Origin: Anthoceros angustus
Taxonomy: Eukaryota; Plantae; Anthocerotophyta
Length of the DNA: 64,000 nucleotides
Direction of reading: 5' to 3'
Assembly (NCBI GenBank): GCA_010909165.1
Contig: VJWM01000135.1
Span: forward strand, 186,001-250,000
The stretch's first letter is position 1. The number at the start of each line of letters is the position of its first letter. Below the pieces are notes generated by a model. The model did no database searches. It had not been told where the DNA came from and saw only the letters and a program-made list of their open reading frames with translations. Both the position numbers and the translations under genes were made by a program. Of the stretch, positions 11,758-25,700 are shown one piece after another.

Positions 11758-14000
11758 ATGGTCGGGCACAAGGATGGCAGCGATCCTAACACCCTGGGCC
11801 GCCATATTGCACGCCGGCTGGTGGAAGTGGGAGTGAAAGATTTCTTCAGCGTGCCGGGGGACTTTAATCTGGTGCTGCTGGACAATCTGATAGCAGATCC
11901 GGGCCTGCGTATGATCGGCTGCTGCAACGAGCTCAATGCCGGCTACGCAGCGGATGGCTACGCCCGGGCCATGGGAGTCGGCTGCGTGGTGGTCACCTTC
12001 ACCGTGGGAGGCCTCAGCGTCATCAACGCCATCGCCGGCGCGTACAGTGAGAACTTGCCTGTGATTTGCATCGTAGGGGGCCCCAATTCTAACGATTTCG
12101 GTACCAATCGGATTCTGCACCACACCATCGGCACTGCAGATTTCTCCCAGGAGCTGCAGTGCTTCCGGCAAGTTACGTGCTACCAGGTGCGCTGATTTCC
12201 TGCATGCAGATTTGACTCAGGCTTGCTGGCAGAATGCAGGTGCTGACCTGGACCTGGTGATGGCTTTTTTTCAGGCCGTGGTGCAGAGCCTGGATGAGGG
12301 ACACGAGCTTGTGGACCGGGCTATCTCGACTGCCATCAATGAGAGCAAGCCAGTCTACATCAGCATCAGCTGCAATTTAGCGGGGCTGCCTCATGCCACC
12401 TTCGTCACGGACCCTGTGCCTTACGCGCTGACGAGAAGGTGCGATTCGGGAGCTTGTGACCCACAAAAAGCAGGCGATTGCTGGATTCGACCTGCGGCTT
12501 GCCTGCTCATGTACTTGGTTGACGCGCAGGACTAGCAACGCACTGAGCTTGCAGGTGGCGACTGATGCCGCGGCAGAGTTCTTGAATGGAGCCGTCAAGC
12601 CGGTGCTGGTCGGGGGCCCCAAATTGCGTGTTGCCAAGGCAGGGAAGGGATTTGAAGAGCTTGCTACTGCTTGCGGGTACCCGGTGGCTGTGATGCCGTC
12701 TGCCAAAGGACAGTTTGATGAGGAGCACCCGCATTTTATCGGCACGTACTGGGGAGCCGTGAGCTCGCCGTATTGCTTGGAAATTGTGGAATCTGCGGAT
12801 GCCTACCTATTTGCAGGACCAATCTTCAATGACTATAGTTCTGTCGGATACTCGCTCTTGTTCAAGAAGGACAAGGCGATCATTGTCCAACCTGATCGGG
12901 TCTTCATTGGAAATGGACCTGCATATGGATGCGTTCTCATGAAGGAGTTTCTGCCTTTGCTTGCCCAGAAGCTGAAGAAAAACACCACAGCTTTTGACAA
13001 CTTCAGGCGCATTTACATTCCTCCCGGGTTGCCTCTGTCGGCAGAGAAGGATGGCCCGTTGCGGGTTAATGTCATGTTCAAACATATCCAGGTTGGTCTT
13101 GAGAAAAGCAATTCTGGCTGCCATATGCATGTCCCCGCACATGAGTCTTATCCCAAGTGTGATACTTCTCCGTTTTGCAGCAAATGCTCACCGGAGACAC
13201 AGCAGTGATAGCCGAAACGGGAGACTCATGGTTCAACTGTCAGAAGCTGAAGCTGCCACATGGATGTGGGTGAGTTACATTTCCCTCAAAATTGTGGTTC
13301 ACATAAATTACCACTGGTCATGTAGGGTTCTAAGCTGCACTACAGGTATGAGTTCCAAATGCAGTATGGATCCATAGGGTGGTCGGTGGGTGCGACCTTG
13401 GGATATGCTCAAGCGGCTACGGAGAAGCGAATCATTGCGTGCATTGGAGATGGAAGTTTCCAGGTGTGCTTTAGAATGATTTCGCTCTTCCAGATTATGG
13501 TGTCCCTGTATTTTCCAACTACTCATGCTTTGGGTTTCATCACCTGCAGGTGACTGCACAGGATGTGTCGACCATGATCCGGTATGGGCAGAAAAGCATT
13601 ATTTTTTTGATCAACAACGGAGGTTACACGATTGAAGTGGAGATTCACGATGGACCATATAATGTTATAAAAAACTGGGATTACACTGGTGTTATCAATG
13701 CCTTTGTGAATGGGGAAGGCAATTGTTGGACCACCAAGGTAGAATGCTGCACCAAATGGCGTCTGTTGATTGTGTATTGCGTTGATTGTTAGTAGCAAAA
13801 GTCCTAATAATCAACTTCCAAATGGGTGTCAGGTTCAAACCGAGGAGGAACTGGTTGAAGCGATACACACAGCACACGAGAAAGACGATCATTTGTGTTT
13901 CATAGAGGTGATTGTCCACAAAGATGACACCAGCAAGGAGCTGCTGGAATGGGGATCACGAGTTTCCTCGGCCAACAGCAGACCACCAAATCCACAGTGA
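11758..14000 (+). CDS. PDC: Pyruvate decarboxylase (TPP-dependent), 7 exons
   Basis: [83 protein letters not shown] motif IGDGSFQ...[18 protein letters not shown] and C-terminal [20 protein letters not shown]. Confidence 0.97.
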
Positions 14001-15118
14001 TAAGCGCCGGAGTGGGCTGGACATGATTTTGTCAAGCAAGTGTCTGCCTGATTCCAAACCTCGGGCTGGTGAGGGCGCAGGTAGCTCCAATATGACAACA
14101 TTGGAATTGCTCTTTCTTCCTCTATAGGTCTTTGTTTGCAATTTGTAAGTGTATACCTTCGCCCCAATTTGCGTGGCGCACTAGGTACTTCGGATAACCT
14201 GTCTATTGCGGCACACAATTCTAAATTGTCCAAAAATTCAAACTTCGAAAGACCGGAAAGATCGTTTACGGGACAGTTCACCAACAAAACAGAGACACGT
14301 ATTACGTCGATGCGCTTGTATGATGCGGGAAAGAGAAATGGGAATGAATCGTCCCTTGAATTGAATGGAACTGAGCACCCAGCAACAGCGCAAGGATTGA
14401 CAGGGTGCAAGAAATTTCTCTCAAAATTGAAGTGGTACAAGCTAGCCCGCCCACCAACTGAGTGCTGGACCAAAGGACGCAGGCATATACGAGGATGACA
14501 AGAAACCCAACCGTCTTTTGTGAACCAGTCTCAACCTTCTCCAGCTGAATATTGATCTGATTTGCTGTCAGATTATTCTACAAGGACAGTTCCACCGGTG
14601 CTCAACTTCAGGATGAGCCAAATCTGCCGTGACAACTGCATCATAAACAAAGTCAGTTCTGTCACTACATTTCCCAAAACCGACACTCGTGCAACACACA
14701 AGCTTGGAACACACACACACAAACGTCACACCCAAACTTGCCATGTCTCTGTACTTCTTAAGATTGTTCATTCCCTTCAGGACTGTTTCACCTTTGGTAG
14801 AGCAACAAAGAGAAGTTATTCCTAAGAGAAGCCCTGACGGTTTCTGGAATCACCTAACACCCGCCGAACCATGCGTAGCCCCCAGCTGCAAACAACCAGG
14901 AGCAAAAATGTAGCCTTTCAAAAAGGGCAGTCCGGTTACAGAGAGAGAAAGTGGGCATGTGTTGGCAAGCTCCGATGACAACCTGGTGGCCGCTTTACAG
15001 TCACTGCACAGTACAGGACGATACGGAATGTAAGGGTTACAAATCTTGGGACGTGTAAACTAAGTTTATCTGAGTTGAAACGAGGCTCCCTTAGCCATCA
15101 GCAGTCACACAGAGGCAC

Positions 15119-16107
15119 CTGAACACCAGGAGGCATTGACCCCATAGCTCCCTCCCTTTTCCCAGATGACTGATCCCCTCCGCCTTGCTTACTTACAGAC
15201 CCCTTGTCGCCCTAACACCGGAAGGTAGGGGCCATCAGAAAATGAGTCGGTAACGCAGGATTAAGTGACACAGAAAGAAAAGACACACCATCGAGATAAA
15301 TGCTCACCTCAGTCTTCAGGAATCACATCGCGGTTGGAACGCACATCCCACACCACAGAAGAACAGTATAATCAGCAACCGAGGATCCAAAACCTAACTT
15401 CACCAGCACCAGCCCTGCCGCAAACCTTAACTTCTGGCATAGAATACCTCTCTATACTTGTGCAGGTAGATTTTCAGAGGCTCCACGTAGTCCTCAAACC
15501 CTAAGGTGCTCATAGCCCAGAGCAGGTCATCACCATTGATGGTTTTTCTTCTTTCCCTTTGACACTTATCACTCGCTCTGCCGGAACCGAGTCAAGCCAC
15601 ACCCTTCTCAAGCGCCAACCTCCCGCCCCCCCTCACACCCTAAACCCACACATGCAGCAGCACCCGCCCACCCTAAACTAGAGCCCCGGAAAGGATACTC
15701 GCTGGTAATGAAACTGATGAACTCGGACACGCACTCCTGCACCGTCTCCTTAGCGTCCTTGGCGATCTTGGCGTTGGCAGGCAGCACCCGCTTCATAATC
15801 CGACTGACGTTGGCAATGGGCAGGAACCGGTCCTGCTCCCGCACATTGTGGTTGTCCTCGCCCCCGTGGTGGTTGCCATAGTCCTCCCCGGAGTCCTGGC
15901 TCCCGGCACTGATGTCATCTGCCAGGGCGCCGCCTGCAGCGGCCCTCTCAGCACAAACTCCCACTCATATCCAGCCCTTGCACCCCAGGCGACACAAAAC
16001 AACGACGTACCTAGCCCCGAAATTGGAGGGTCCAGGCTGGTCCGGGCCTTCTTCGAGGGCACGCGCATGTCGGGGTCCTCTGCAGCTCCTTCCGGCTTCC
16101 TCATCAT
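15119..16107 (-). CDS. NF-YB: Nuclear factor Y subunit B (HAP3, histone fold); last coding exon(s) below 15119 not resolved
   Basis: [91 protein letters not shown]. An upstream exon starting at ATG 16107 (MMRKPEG...ISGLG) splices in frame to GALADDIS. Confidence 0.92.
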
Positions 16108-16316
16108 CCTGGCTGCGAGGCGGGGGGCAGGCGGGGGCCGGCCTCCCGGAAGCACAAGGCGGGAGACAAGGGAATGGGCGGCAGGCGAGGCGAGACGAGG
16201 CGAGGCTGGGAGAGAAAAGGCAGAAATGATGCCAACTAGCAGGAGAATCAGTTACTGGCAGCGCAAGCGAGCTGCAAGCTGCACGCTGGGCTGCGCGGTA
16301 GGCAGGCAAAGAGTGT

Positions 16317-16436
16317 TCAGAGTGAGGAAAGAGAGAGATCCTGGTGGGCGGAGGCGGACGCGGAAGCAGAGGCAGAGACAGAGGCAGAGGCAGACGCCGA
16401 CGCCGAGGCAGAGGCTGCAGGCGCCGGCATAGCCAT
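16317..16436 (-). other. 39-codon (Ser-Ala)n upstream ORF / hexamer microsatellite 5' of NF-YB
   Basis: ATG 16436: MAMPAPAASASASASASASVSASASASASAHQDLSLSSL*, built on tctgcc-like repeats. Confidence 0.4.
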
Positions 16437-18059
16437 GGATGCTGCGCAGGGCATGGATGGCGGGGGCTCGCTTTTCCTCGTCGCCGTTGGATGTGCTCTC
16501 GCTTGTACCGCTGCTTTTCAGCCCTGCACAAGCCAATCCACCGTCAACACAGTCAAATCGCCACCAATAACCCCTCCAATTTTTCACCTCGCTCTTTGCC
16601 CCTCCAAACTTCTCCACCTTCTGCAATACCGTACTTAGAAGGACCTAGAAGGAGAACAAGACTATATTATGCAGAAGTAGTCCACCTAGAACAACAAGAA
16701 GAAGAAGAAGAATTTTATGTAAGTCCACTAAGGACGGATTTCCGTCATGGGACTTGGTACTAAACGACTTGTACCATGGTTGCCTAAGCTACTTGCACCA
16801 AGGGCATCCACTCCCTTTAGGCACCCATCTAAGTACCGATCCAAGCTCAGGATGCTTAATCACGGCGTTCTTATACATGTGTGTCCATTTGGCCTAAGCC
16901 ATTTGGATAAGTCTATACCTACTTCATAATGTACCTTGGTAGTTGTTAGCCACCTAAAAACTTTTTTTATTATAATTAAATCAAAACCATTCAAGATTTA
17001 CAAAAGCCATAAAAAGATATCTCTCATAACCCCATAAGCCATGAGAAAGTAGAAATCCATAAAAACTCCATGCGAAGCTGAAGCTAGATTGGAAGCCAAG
17101 GAAATTTGCCGAAGTGTAAGCAGTATTAAAATTCCATTTGCTTCCCCAAAATTGAGAATATATTGTAGTTGAGAAAGCTATTAGGCACCCCACTACCTAA
17201 TGGATTATTATTTTCTTGGCTAGGCCATTAGGTAAAATAAAATTAATTAATAAATTTAGGTACTTAAAAATATGTATAATTATGTATATACCTACAACAT
17301 ATGATTTCCAATGCCATAATTTTTGAGAATTTTGGAAAGGGACAAGATAATATCCATATTATTAGGTAACTAAGAAAACAGTATTTTCTGTCGAATGGAT
17401 ATATCAACTACCGTAACTTGGGGTCTATGCAATTCTAGAACAACCTTGCCCGAGCAACTTCAACTTCAAGAGTACGGAGGGTTTTTTCTCCTTTTGTTGA
17501 TGTAGTCCCCTTCACTGTTCTTTGGTTTTCTTTTCTTTTATTTTGCCTGTAGTCTCCTAATTGTTCTTTGATATTATTTGTTATTTGATCAAACAATGGA
17601 CGCAACCAGCATTGGCGTGAGAACCGCAACCATAGCACAAAGGTAGATTGATATCGTGGAACAAAGGATGAAAGGTTGGGAGATAAAGAGAAAGAAACAC
17701 CGCTGGGACGCTTGCAAGTTGAGTCTAGACTAGTTATGGCATTTGTGATAAAAGACGTAACCGATCTTTTGAGGCTTGTGAGGCAAATATCCGAAAGGGT
17801 TATTATACTGTAGTTGGATTTGGAAGAAGGTGAAACGGACCTAGACACTCAGGAAGCTGGTAATCTTCCAGGCCCAGCTCCCACATTTGTTGTGACAAGA
17901 GGCCAAGGGCGATGCTCACGAAGAAATAGTAGCAACTTTTTAAGTGACACAAGTTCATTCCTTGATGTGGACAATATGCCCTTCTAGAAAGGGCAGCTTT
18001 GGAGGCTTGGTATTGAGTTTGTCACTTTCTTCCCCATTCCGTGCCGCCATCTTAACAGG

Positions 18060-18480
18060 AACCTCGCTCTCTCTCTCACCAACTCACCCTCATAATGACA
18101 CCCTCTCTCTCACAAACATTGTTTATGATGTCCCTGGCTCTCTCTCTTACCAACTCAGGCTCATAATTACACCCCCTCTCTCACAAACATTGTTTATGAT
18201 TTCCTACATGCAATATGACGTAAGAAAAGAGCCCCCTCTCTCTCCTCTATCATTCTCCCCTCTTTATTATACCCGCTTCGGAGAACTATTGTTTACCCTG
18301 CCCTTTTAATTACACCCTCTCTTAGCAACTATTTGTTTACGTTGCCCAAACCAAGGAGGCCCCTCTCTCTCCCCTATCATCCTCCCCTTTATTACACTCC
18401 CTTTGGAGAACTATTTGTTTACCCTACTCTCTTCATTACACCCTCTCTTGGCAACTATTTGTTTAGTTGCCCACACCAGA
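18060..18480. repeat. Degenerate pyrimidine-rich tandem repeats
   Basis: Recurring cores acaccctctctctcacaaacattgtttatgat (x2) and ttattacaccc...gagaactattgtttaccct (several copies). Confidence 0.65.
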
Positions 18481-21349
18481 ATATCACAACATGGATTAGC
18501 AACTCTCACATTTCCCTCCTACCTCATAACTTCACTATTGCTTTATCAATATTTTTACTTGACCATAGCTATTCATGGGTTGAAGACTATATTTTTTTTT
18601 GGCTTCAACCAATCCTACAATGATAATAAATGTGCACCCTTCCATTGTGCACTTATATCTATGATAAAGTACAGGATATGTCCATACTTATATATAGATA
18701 AATATAGGGGATATGTATATGTATTTAAATATATATATTATTGTGATATGATTAGATATAAATTATATTAATTACATATTATATTAAGGTATAAATTACT
18801 TATCAATCGGACTATCATTAAAATTTAGTACCCACCAATACTAACTACTAGTGTAGTCCGAGATCAAACCGTGAACTTCCAAGTTCTAAAAAATATGCTT
18901 TCACCAACCAATTAAAAAATATGCTTTCACCAACCAATTATACACTACTTTGGTTGCCTATGTCTGGGTTCGTGGTGGGGTCTCATGTACATGTACAACT
19001 GCAAGCACCTACAAGGTGAGGCCAAGACCCATTCCAACCTGCGATTTCCTATCTCAAAATTTTCGTTGATGCGTAACCAGATTGTGATGTAACGTTAGAG
19101 AAGGCGATGGTAATAGGGCGGGGTCTCGTACAAGAGAGGGAGCACAAGTTATTCTAGAGCATCTTAACGTTCACCAGGCAGGCATAGTTTCAGATGCTGT
19201 TTCTGCAACCGGAGCAAACCAATATAACCAATAACTAAATAAAAGTAACTACTTCTAGCCCTAAGAATTAAATAATGTTTAATTCTACGGATTTCCCCAC
19301 TTTGCATTTCCTTGCTGGGAGATTGCTCCGGCTTTGGGTCAGCGGATTTTGGGGGTCCCCTTCGGCTCCCCTGACTTGATTGGGAGCTTCCTGGACCAGG
19401 CTCTCGCGGAGGACCTGTCCCCATGTCGAGGACCTCCCCCTGTTGGGGGAAGCTCATGTGGCCTTTGGAATTCTTTCCTCCTGCTTTGCTAGGCGCCCTG
19501 GTTACCTTATTCGCATGCTCCCCTCGACTCCTCTCATGTCTCGACTTCAAGGGTTTGACAGGAAGATAATGGATACTCTTGGTGACATCATGGGCCCAGG
19601 GGCTTTTGAGTGCCCTGCGGGTGATTTGCCCCGCTGGCAATGTACAGTTGCAAATAGCTTCAAGGTGAGGCACACAGCTGCAAATTTTTAGAATGTGTGG
19701 GTTTGTATATATATATACATATTTGTAGAATGTGTGGGTTTATATATATATGTACATTATACGGTGACGTATATAATCCTATGATACATGGATGACGTAT
19801 AAAATACCATAAAATAAGGCACAAAAGTATTCAAGTGAAATACGTAGAAGACCACGTATAAGTATTGGAATAATCACCTCGGAAAACTACGGTAAGGAAA
19901 GTAGACATAAAATACGTGTACAACCCTATAGACGTATTACAATAATGATACTAGTAAAATATGGGAGTAAAAGCAACAAGGATTAAGGTAGATGGGGAGG
20001 ACGCTCGGTACCAAGCCTGCAAAACTGTAACAAGAGGCCATGTTTGTATAAGAATGTGAAGGCAGGAAGTAAGAGAGGAGCTCAAGCTCCTAACTTGGCG
20101 GATTCAGACACAATGCAAGTTATGCCTCATGCATGGAGCAATAGGCTCAAGTCACACAACAATATATGGAGGAGCAACAGGGGGAAACGTCCCACCACCT
20201 GGAGTCAGAACATAAAGAGACATATTTTTCATAAACTTTTGCCTGCAAATGATATAGAACTCATAGCTTGGTAGATTATTAGCTGAAAATCTTCACCTTC
20301 GTCATCGTCTCATCAACATCCAAGGAAGAGGTAAGTCTATTTTTGGGCTTCATACCTACCTCTAGTCTTGGAGCAAACATGAGTTCATTGCATACTATCA
20401 TAGTGACTAGAATGCAAAGATTAATGATAAAGAAAATGAATAGCCTCATACTCTCTCCATGTAAGATTACAGTAGGAAGGATGGAAGCAATGTCATTGGG
20501 GCTCAGATTGGGAATTGCAACCACCATCTCGTCAGCAGCGAGAACCTTAGAAAAACGTGTTGTCCCCATAATAACATGATCCAAAAGAGGTGAATCTGAT
20601 CAAAAGTTTTCAGGTATGAACCTGATCAAAAACTTGGTGGTTCCCAACCATGACTGTTTTGGATGGGAAGGTCAACCATGAGTCCGTTCAGGTCCTTGGT
20701 ATCAGTTGTATAATAATTTTCAAAGACTAGTAGTCATGATCAAGGATATTGTATTCTCTTTTTGTTAAATAAGTTGCAAACCACGTTCCCGCGTGGGTAG
20801 GCTTTCTTTGAGAACAAACCTACATCGCTAACATACCAGTCTAGGATATGCTTTGTTAAAATGTTGTTTCATTGATACATAGCCCAAAGGCAGGTTCAAC
20901 AGGGTATTGTGGAAATAATTATTTTTTGAAAAAAATTAAGTTCAACACCTATAACTTGATTTCTTAAAATTTCAACATCCTCTAGAAATAATTTTATCAG
21001 AATTTAATATTTATTAAAATATGTAATTACTAAGAATCAAGCATATATATCCTTAATAAGCCTTAATTTCGGATTGGTCCCGCTTATCTCACTTGGAATT
21101 GAACTCCATTTGGAAGATGTGCTGTATGTTTCTTTTGTGTCAAAGAACCTTCTTTTTGTTCGTGCTCTAACCACCACGTGAAATATCAATTTCATGTTCA
21201 CTAAGGAGGGGTGTAAATTGAGGGAAAAGCCCCATGCATTGTTGTGGGTACAGCTCAAGCCGGACTATATGTCTTGCAGCTTACACTAGTAGCAGCAACT
21301 GGACAGCTTGTGACATGTGATGTAGCACTCATTCCATCTGATGTTCCTA

Positions 21350-21620
21350 TCCAAACGCTCTTGTGGCACAAGCATTATGGTTGTACATGAACCTCCATAA
21401 ATTGTTGGGGCACACACACGGTGACTACTTTAGGGCAAGTGAAGGACTTCCAAAATTGGGGAAGCGGATGACAATATGCGAATCTTGTGTTACTGGTAAG
21501 CACAAGCAGCTCCCCTTTACCAACAATAACCCTTCAAGAGCAACCAGCTTGTTCGAACTGTTATATGCAAATATCTTCTGGGTGGAGCAGAGTTTTACCC
21601 AGTCATAGTCAATGACTTCA
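21350..21620 (+). mobile_element. Degenerate Ty1/copia GAG-pre-integrase/integrase remnant
   Basis: LWH...LG followed by GLPKLGKRMTICESCVTGKHKQLPF...SRATSLFELLYANI, matching the copia HHCC zinc finger and integrase start. Frameshifted, in AT-rich context. Confidence 0.7.
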
Positions 21621-22777
21621 ATTTTGTATTCATAATTAGCTGAGTAACATTTGAGTTTCAACTCATCGCAAATAGCCAGACACTCTCGTTGTCCTTTTCA
21701 TACGCTAATGGCAAAAGCAGGACTATGATATAAGTTTCTATTTCTATGAAATCCAACGACGAAATTTTGTAAGATGCTATCTTGTAATCTTAAAATGATT
21801 CTTCTGTACAATTCTGGGTGACTACTTATGTGAAAGATATTTTTTGTTGATTTAGTTATATAGATCCTTTGAATAAGCTATCACAAATTGTCCAAGGTTG
21901 GGCGACAGCTAGAGCGACGACATCCAAGGTCACTTAGAATGAGGGAATGCAAGTAGGCCACCTCTGCATCCACTTGCCTTCAAAATACGTAGGGCGTTGG
22001 CTAAGAACCTTATAAAAATATATCAATTTATCATGCACGAAGACATATACATGGAGCGGGTCTATCTCTCTCCTGTTTTAGCTCGGCATTTTTTCTGCTG
22101 TGAGCATCCATTACTTCTACAGGACACAACTAGAGATATAGTTTATCAATCCTTGATATGCCTCCATATGCGCTATTTAAATGTAGAACTTAATTACTCT
22201 TTCCATTGGTATCCTTGGGGTCTCATATATGTCCTATGCTATATGGGTTCACCCTACCTTCCTTCTCTCAATGGAGTGCAGTTTATCAATTACATGTATA
22301 TAATATGTGCAGGAGAATGCACAGATCCACGATTTAGATAGGATGTGTCTCCTTGTATGAAACAAGCCTGCAAGAGGTTTTTTTGAGGTGAAAAAACCAT
22401 GGGAAGAGCCCATCGAGAATGGGACAACCAAAGTATGAAACAAGTATCACGTCTTCTTCTGAAGAACTTAGTTGCAGCCTGAAAATTCATGGATTCCTTG
22501 GCCGACACAGCAGTCCACGCCCGAGAGTTGTCCCTCCTGGCTGCGGGACACATCCAGAGTTGTTCCTCAGGCTACCGGGCACAAGAAGTAATGTGCGACC
22601 GAGGGGGAGGCCGCAAGAAAGCGGGTGCTTCACCCGGGAGCAGATGTGGTGCCCAGCCTTCTGCGAATCCTGTAACCGAGTGCAGCGGCGAGGCGGTGCC
22701 AGGAGGGACCACGGGATCCTGACTTGCAAGACCGTTAGCTGATATTTCGAGCAGCTGTAGCATACATATTGCATGCC

Positions 22778-25700
22778 ATGAGAGACTGGCCATCCACCGG
22801 TCGCCGGGCTGCATCCAGCTGCTCGTCGCCGACAAATTCGTGTATGGGAAGTGGACCGAGGAATCGAATTGTGGGCTTGTTGGCGCGCGGGTTGGCATTG
22901 TGCAGCCGCACCGAGGCGCCCTCGGCTCACCTTGATTTGGGGACCCAACGGCTGGCAGGCGAAGAAGGGTTGAGGGGAAGCGGTGTAAGGAGCCCAGCAC
23001 TTCCCGGAACACCTTTTGCCGGGGAAGGAGTTTCCAGCGATGGCCGGCGCCAGGAGCAGGAGCTCTTGTGGCGGCAATTTTTTCTGGACCCTAGCCTGTG
23101 GTGGGATAACAGGCGGGGGAAGAGGAGCCCCAGTGCTCCTGACTTCCGGCGTAAGGGCTCCGGCGAGGTCCTCTGGTTGGACAGCTTTTCCAAGCCGGCT
23201 TGGGTGGATGAGCAGCTGGTTGCTTTGGATATCCAGACAGGGCGTGGTGCATCTTCTTCCAAGTCTAGCTTTCCGGATATGCCAGCCTGCGTAACAACTG
23301 GGATGGTGAACACGTTATGTCAGGAGGGGAAGCTCATTGAGGCAGTGGGAGCCCTGGAATTTTTGGTGCATACAGAGTGTCCTATCTCTCAGACTCTGTT
23401 TTATAATGTGCTGAAGCTGTGTGCCGCTAAGAAGGATCTAGTTGCGGGTCGACGAGTTCATGATCTGACTCTGAAGCTTGGGTATGAGTCGAATACATAC
23501 TTGGGGAACCATATCTTGCGCATGTATGCATCTGGAGGCCGGTTAGAAGAGGCCATGGATGTGTTCACCAGCGTGGGCAAAGCAGATACCTTCATGTGGT
23601 CTTCCATAATCTCTGCACATGCTAAACATGGGAAACCTGATGAGGCTATTGAACTGTACCATAAGATGCGGAGCTCGGATGTGAAGGCAGATGCTCACGT
23701 CTATATAGCTGCTCTTCAAGCGTGTTCTTTCGCTGCCGATTTGGAATCTGGCAGAAAGGTGCACTCTGATGTGTTGCACAGTGGTATTCAGTCTAACATG
23801 TTTATCGGGAACAGCTTGGTGGACATGTATGCAAAATGTGGCGAACTGGAAGCTGCACGCCGGGTTTTTGACAGCTTGGCCACAAAGAATGTGGTGACAT
23901 GGACTGCGCTTATAGCTGGGTATGCAGATCATGGGCTGGGTTCGGAGGCGCTTGCGTTGTATGGAGAAATGGAGCGAGAGGGTCTGGTTCTGGCTAACCA
24001 TGTTACTTTTACTTGCCTGTTGAAGGCATGTACAGCAACTGGTGCTTTACATGAGGGCAGGCAGTTACACTTGCAGATAGTGGAAAGAGGACAGCTGCAA
24101 AGCGACTTAGTGGTGGGCAACTGCCTTGTGGACATGTATGCCAAATGTGGCCAACTAGAGGAAGCACGCCAGGTTTTTGACAGCTTGGAAAGAAAGGATG
24201 TGGTGACATGGACGGCCCTTATAGCTGGGTATGCACAGCAAGGGCTGTGTCAAGAGGCTCTTGTTGTGTATGGCCAAATGGAGCAGGAGGGCCTGGTGTT
24301 GGCTAACCATGTCACTTTTGCTTGCCTTCTGAAGGCGTGTGCCAGCACTGGTGCTTTACAAGAGGGCAGGCAGCTGCACTCGCAGATTCTGAAAGGAGGA
24401 CAGCTACAAAGAGACATTCTGGTGGGCAACTGCCTGGTGGACATGTATGCCAAATGTGGCGAACTCCAAGATGCACGGAAGGTCTTTGATAGTTTGGCTT
24501 CAAAGGATGTGGTGACATGGACGTCCCTGATAGGTGGGTATGCTCAGAAAGGGCATTGTCAAGAAGCTCTTGATCTGTATGCTCGAATGGAGCAGGACGG
24601 CCTGGTTTTGGCTAACCAGGTTACTTTTGCCTGCCTCCTCAAGGCCTGTGGGAGTACTGGTGCCTTACGAGAGGGCAGGCAGCTGCACTCACAGATTGTA
24701 GAAAGAGGACAGGTAGAAAATGACACGCTGGTGGGCAACTGCCTGGTGGACATGTATGCCAAATGTGGCGAACTGGAAGATGCACGTCAGGTCTTTGACA
24801 GTTTGGCCCTAAAAGATGTTGGGTCGTGGAATGCCCTGATAGCAGGGTATGCACAGCAAGGACTGTGCCAAGAGGCGCTTGACCTGTGTGGACAAATGGA
24901 GCAGGAGGGCCTGATTTTGGCTGACCGCTGTACTTTTGCTGGCCTGTTGAAGGCCTGTGGAAGCGGCGGTGCCATACAGCTAGGGAGGCAGCTGCACTCA
25001 GAGCTCGCGGGGAGAGGAGAGCTAGAAAATGACATACTGCTGGGTAACTGCCTGGTGGACATGTATGCGAAATGTGGTGAAATGGAAGATGCCCGCAGGG
25101 TCTTTGACAGTTTGTCCACAAAGACTGTGGCGACATGGACAGCCCTGATATCCGGGTTTGGCTCTTGTGGGGAAGGTCACAAAGCCCTGGGTTGCTTTGA
25201 GGAGATGCTAGCAGCCGGTATTGAGCCCGATGATGCCACGTTTGTTTGCCTTCTAATAGCATGCAGTCATGACTGCCTGGTGGACGAAGGTCGCAAGTAC
25301 TTCGAAGCCATGGTTGCACAACACGGCATCAAACCTACCGTTGCCCATTACAATTGCATGGTTGATCTCTTCGGGCGTGCAGGCCATTTAGCTGAGGCAG
25401 AGAAGATGCTACTATCGTGTGAAAGCCAAGACAATGACGTGGGCTTGACATCTCTGCTGAATGCTTGCAAAAGCCACGGGGACACCGAGAGGGCGACCCG
25501 GTGTTTTGAAAGCCTGGTCAGCTTGGACCCCCAGCAGGCGTCCGCATATGTCCTCATGGCCAATGTGTACGCAGACGCAGGTCGGTGGACAGACGTAGAA
25601 AGGATAGAAACTCGGAGAATAGCAGCAGGAGCCAATAAGAAACTTGCAGTAGCAGGCATCGAGATCAAGAACGAGGTACATACATTCATGGTGGGAGAAA

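Noticed and set aside
15915-15930. Possible non-AUG (CTG) start for NF-YB at gccCTGgcagat ('LAD' resembling the usual 'MAD')
   Set aside because: An upstream ATG exon (16107) splices in frame through ctag|gtacgt...ctgcag|gc, which explains the N-terminus without a CUG start
17435-17848. 137-aa minus-strand ORF in the AT-rich interval
   Set aside because: No recognisable domain or splice signals; likely decayed repeat DNA
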